A stretch of DNA of 64,000 nucleotides from an uncultured Nitrospiraceae bacterium (lineage in GTDB: Bacteria; Nitrospirota; Nitrospiria; Nitrospirales; UBA2166): positions 155,387-219,386 of the forward strand of contig CAYXED010000002.1 in assembly GCA_964463965.1 (NCBI GenBank), read 5' to 3'. Shown one piece after another: positions 63,373-64,000 of the stretch (position 1 is the first letter of the stretch; every line of letters begins with the position of its first letter). The notes below the pieces were generated by a model. That model saw nothing but the letters and a program-made list of their open reading frames with translations, was not told the DNA's origin and did not search any database. The position numbers and the translations under genes were made by a program.

Positions 63373-64000
63373 CTAAATAGCCCTTTGCAAAGATTTTTTG
63401 GAAAGAGGCCCAAGGACTGTAAGGGTTTGAGAGTCAGTATCAGAAATTTCATTTATCACACGCTCGATATCATGGTTTTTAACGTGGTCAATGGAAGACA
63501 TAATGGCTGCTAATGGAACGTGATTTCCAACATACATTTCATCTCGTGCTAATTTTGTCATTCGGCTACTTGTGCTTTCAAGGTTTAGCGCAATACTACC
63601 CTTCAGTTGAGACTTTGCACGCTTTAGTTCTTCAGTATTAGGAGGACGTGTTTGCATTTTTTTAAGTTCTTTGCCTATTAAACTTATAACGCGAGGAGCT
63701 TCATCGGCTTGCGTTGCAGCGTAGATTGTAAAGAGTCCAATATCTTCAAAGTGAGAAAGACTAGAGTAAATTGAGTAAACAAGGCCTCTTTTTTCCCTAA
63801 TTTCTAAAAATAGCCTAGAGCTTACACTTCCACCTAACATCGTGTTTACAAGACTTAGTGCATATCGGTCCTTATGCCCTCTTGGAAGGCCTTTCATACC
63901 AAGGCAGATGTGTGCCTGTGTGAGGTTTTTTTTCCGAACAAGCACTCCAGGTGTAATAGTAGGGTGATATCTACTTTTTGGAGAAGAGTCGTTTTTTTGA
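63373..64000 (-). CDS. M16 (pitrilysin)-family peptidase, C-terminal part (N-terminus outside the window)
   Basis: The frame stays open from 63945 to base 64000. LVNTMLGGSVSSRLFLEIREKRGLVYSIYS is the typical pattern of the second half of an M16 peptidase. Confidence 0.8.
   Translation of the reverse strand, partial: QKNDSSPKSRYHPTITPGVLVRKKNLTQAHICLGMKGLPRGHKDRYALSLVNTMLGGSVSSRLFLEIREKRGLVYSIYSSLSHFEDIGLFTIYAATQADEAPRVISLIGKELKKMQTRPPNTEELKRAKSQLKGSIALNLESTSSRMTKLARDEMYVGNHVPLAAIMSSIDHVKNHDIERVINEISDTDSQTLTVLGPLSKKSLQRAI

Noticed and set aside
1-64000. A search by eye for CRISPR arrays, tRNA/rRNA genes, transposases, integrases and defence-system genes.
   Set aside because: Intergenic spacers are at most ~300 nt and contain no repeat-spacer periodicity or tRNA-like GC-rich cloverleaf segments. 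No ORF shows transposase, integrase, nuclease or defence motifs. A computational scan (tRNAscan or Infernal type) was not possible.

Overview
Bases 1-60223 form one surface-glycan biosynthesis island of about 55 genes, all on the + strand. Three housekeeping genes follow on the - strand: uvrA, an HU-family DNA-binding protein, and the 3' part of an M16 peptidase.

Sub-blocks of the island, by motif reading:
1. A GDP-linked legionaminic-acid-type nonulosonic acid pathway (PtmE-, LegB-, LegC-, NeuC-, NeuB-, NeuA-, PglD-like genes). It carries a second, divergent NeuB paralogue, and the locus has three CMP-transferase-family genes, two of them unusual fusions.
2. A block of a dehydroquinate-synthase-like cyclase, Gfo/Idh/MocA oxidoreductase, SIS protein, PIG-L deacetylase and B12-radical-SAM enzyme.
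3. A carrier-protein acyl module: MaoC-SDR, FkbH, ACP, acyltransferase and two SDRs.
4. A block of a KdsB-like cytidylyltransferase, HpcH aldolase, HAD phosphatase and 2-hydroxyacid dehydrogenase. It reads like a non-orthologous analogue of the Kdo pathway.
5. A CDP-6-deoxyhexose block (rfbF, rfbG, epimerase, reductase).
6. Assembly genes: GT2, GT4, a Wzy-like protein, AsnB, a sulfotransferase, two DegT aminotransferases, PglC- and PglF-like genes, an ABC half-transporter and a large multi-pass membrane protein.

Two large proteins have no recognisable motifs.

The two longest homopolymers sit at functionally sensitive positions. A11 lies exactly at a domain junction, and G9 lies inside the LegC-like gene.

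I recognised no rRNA, tRNA, CRISPR array, transposase or integrase. All functional calls come from reading motifs in the supplied translations. No database search or structure prediction was possible, so substrate-level statements are hypotheses.
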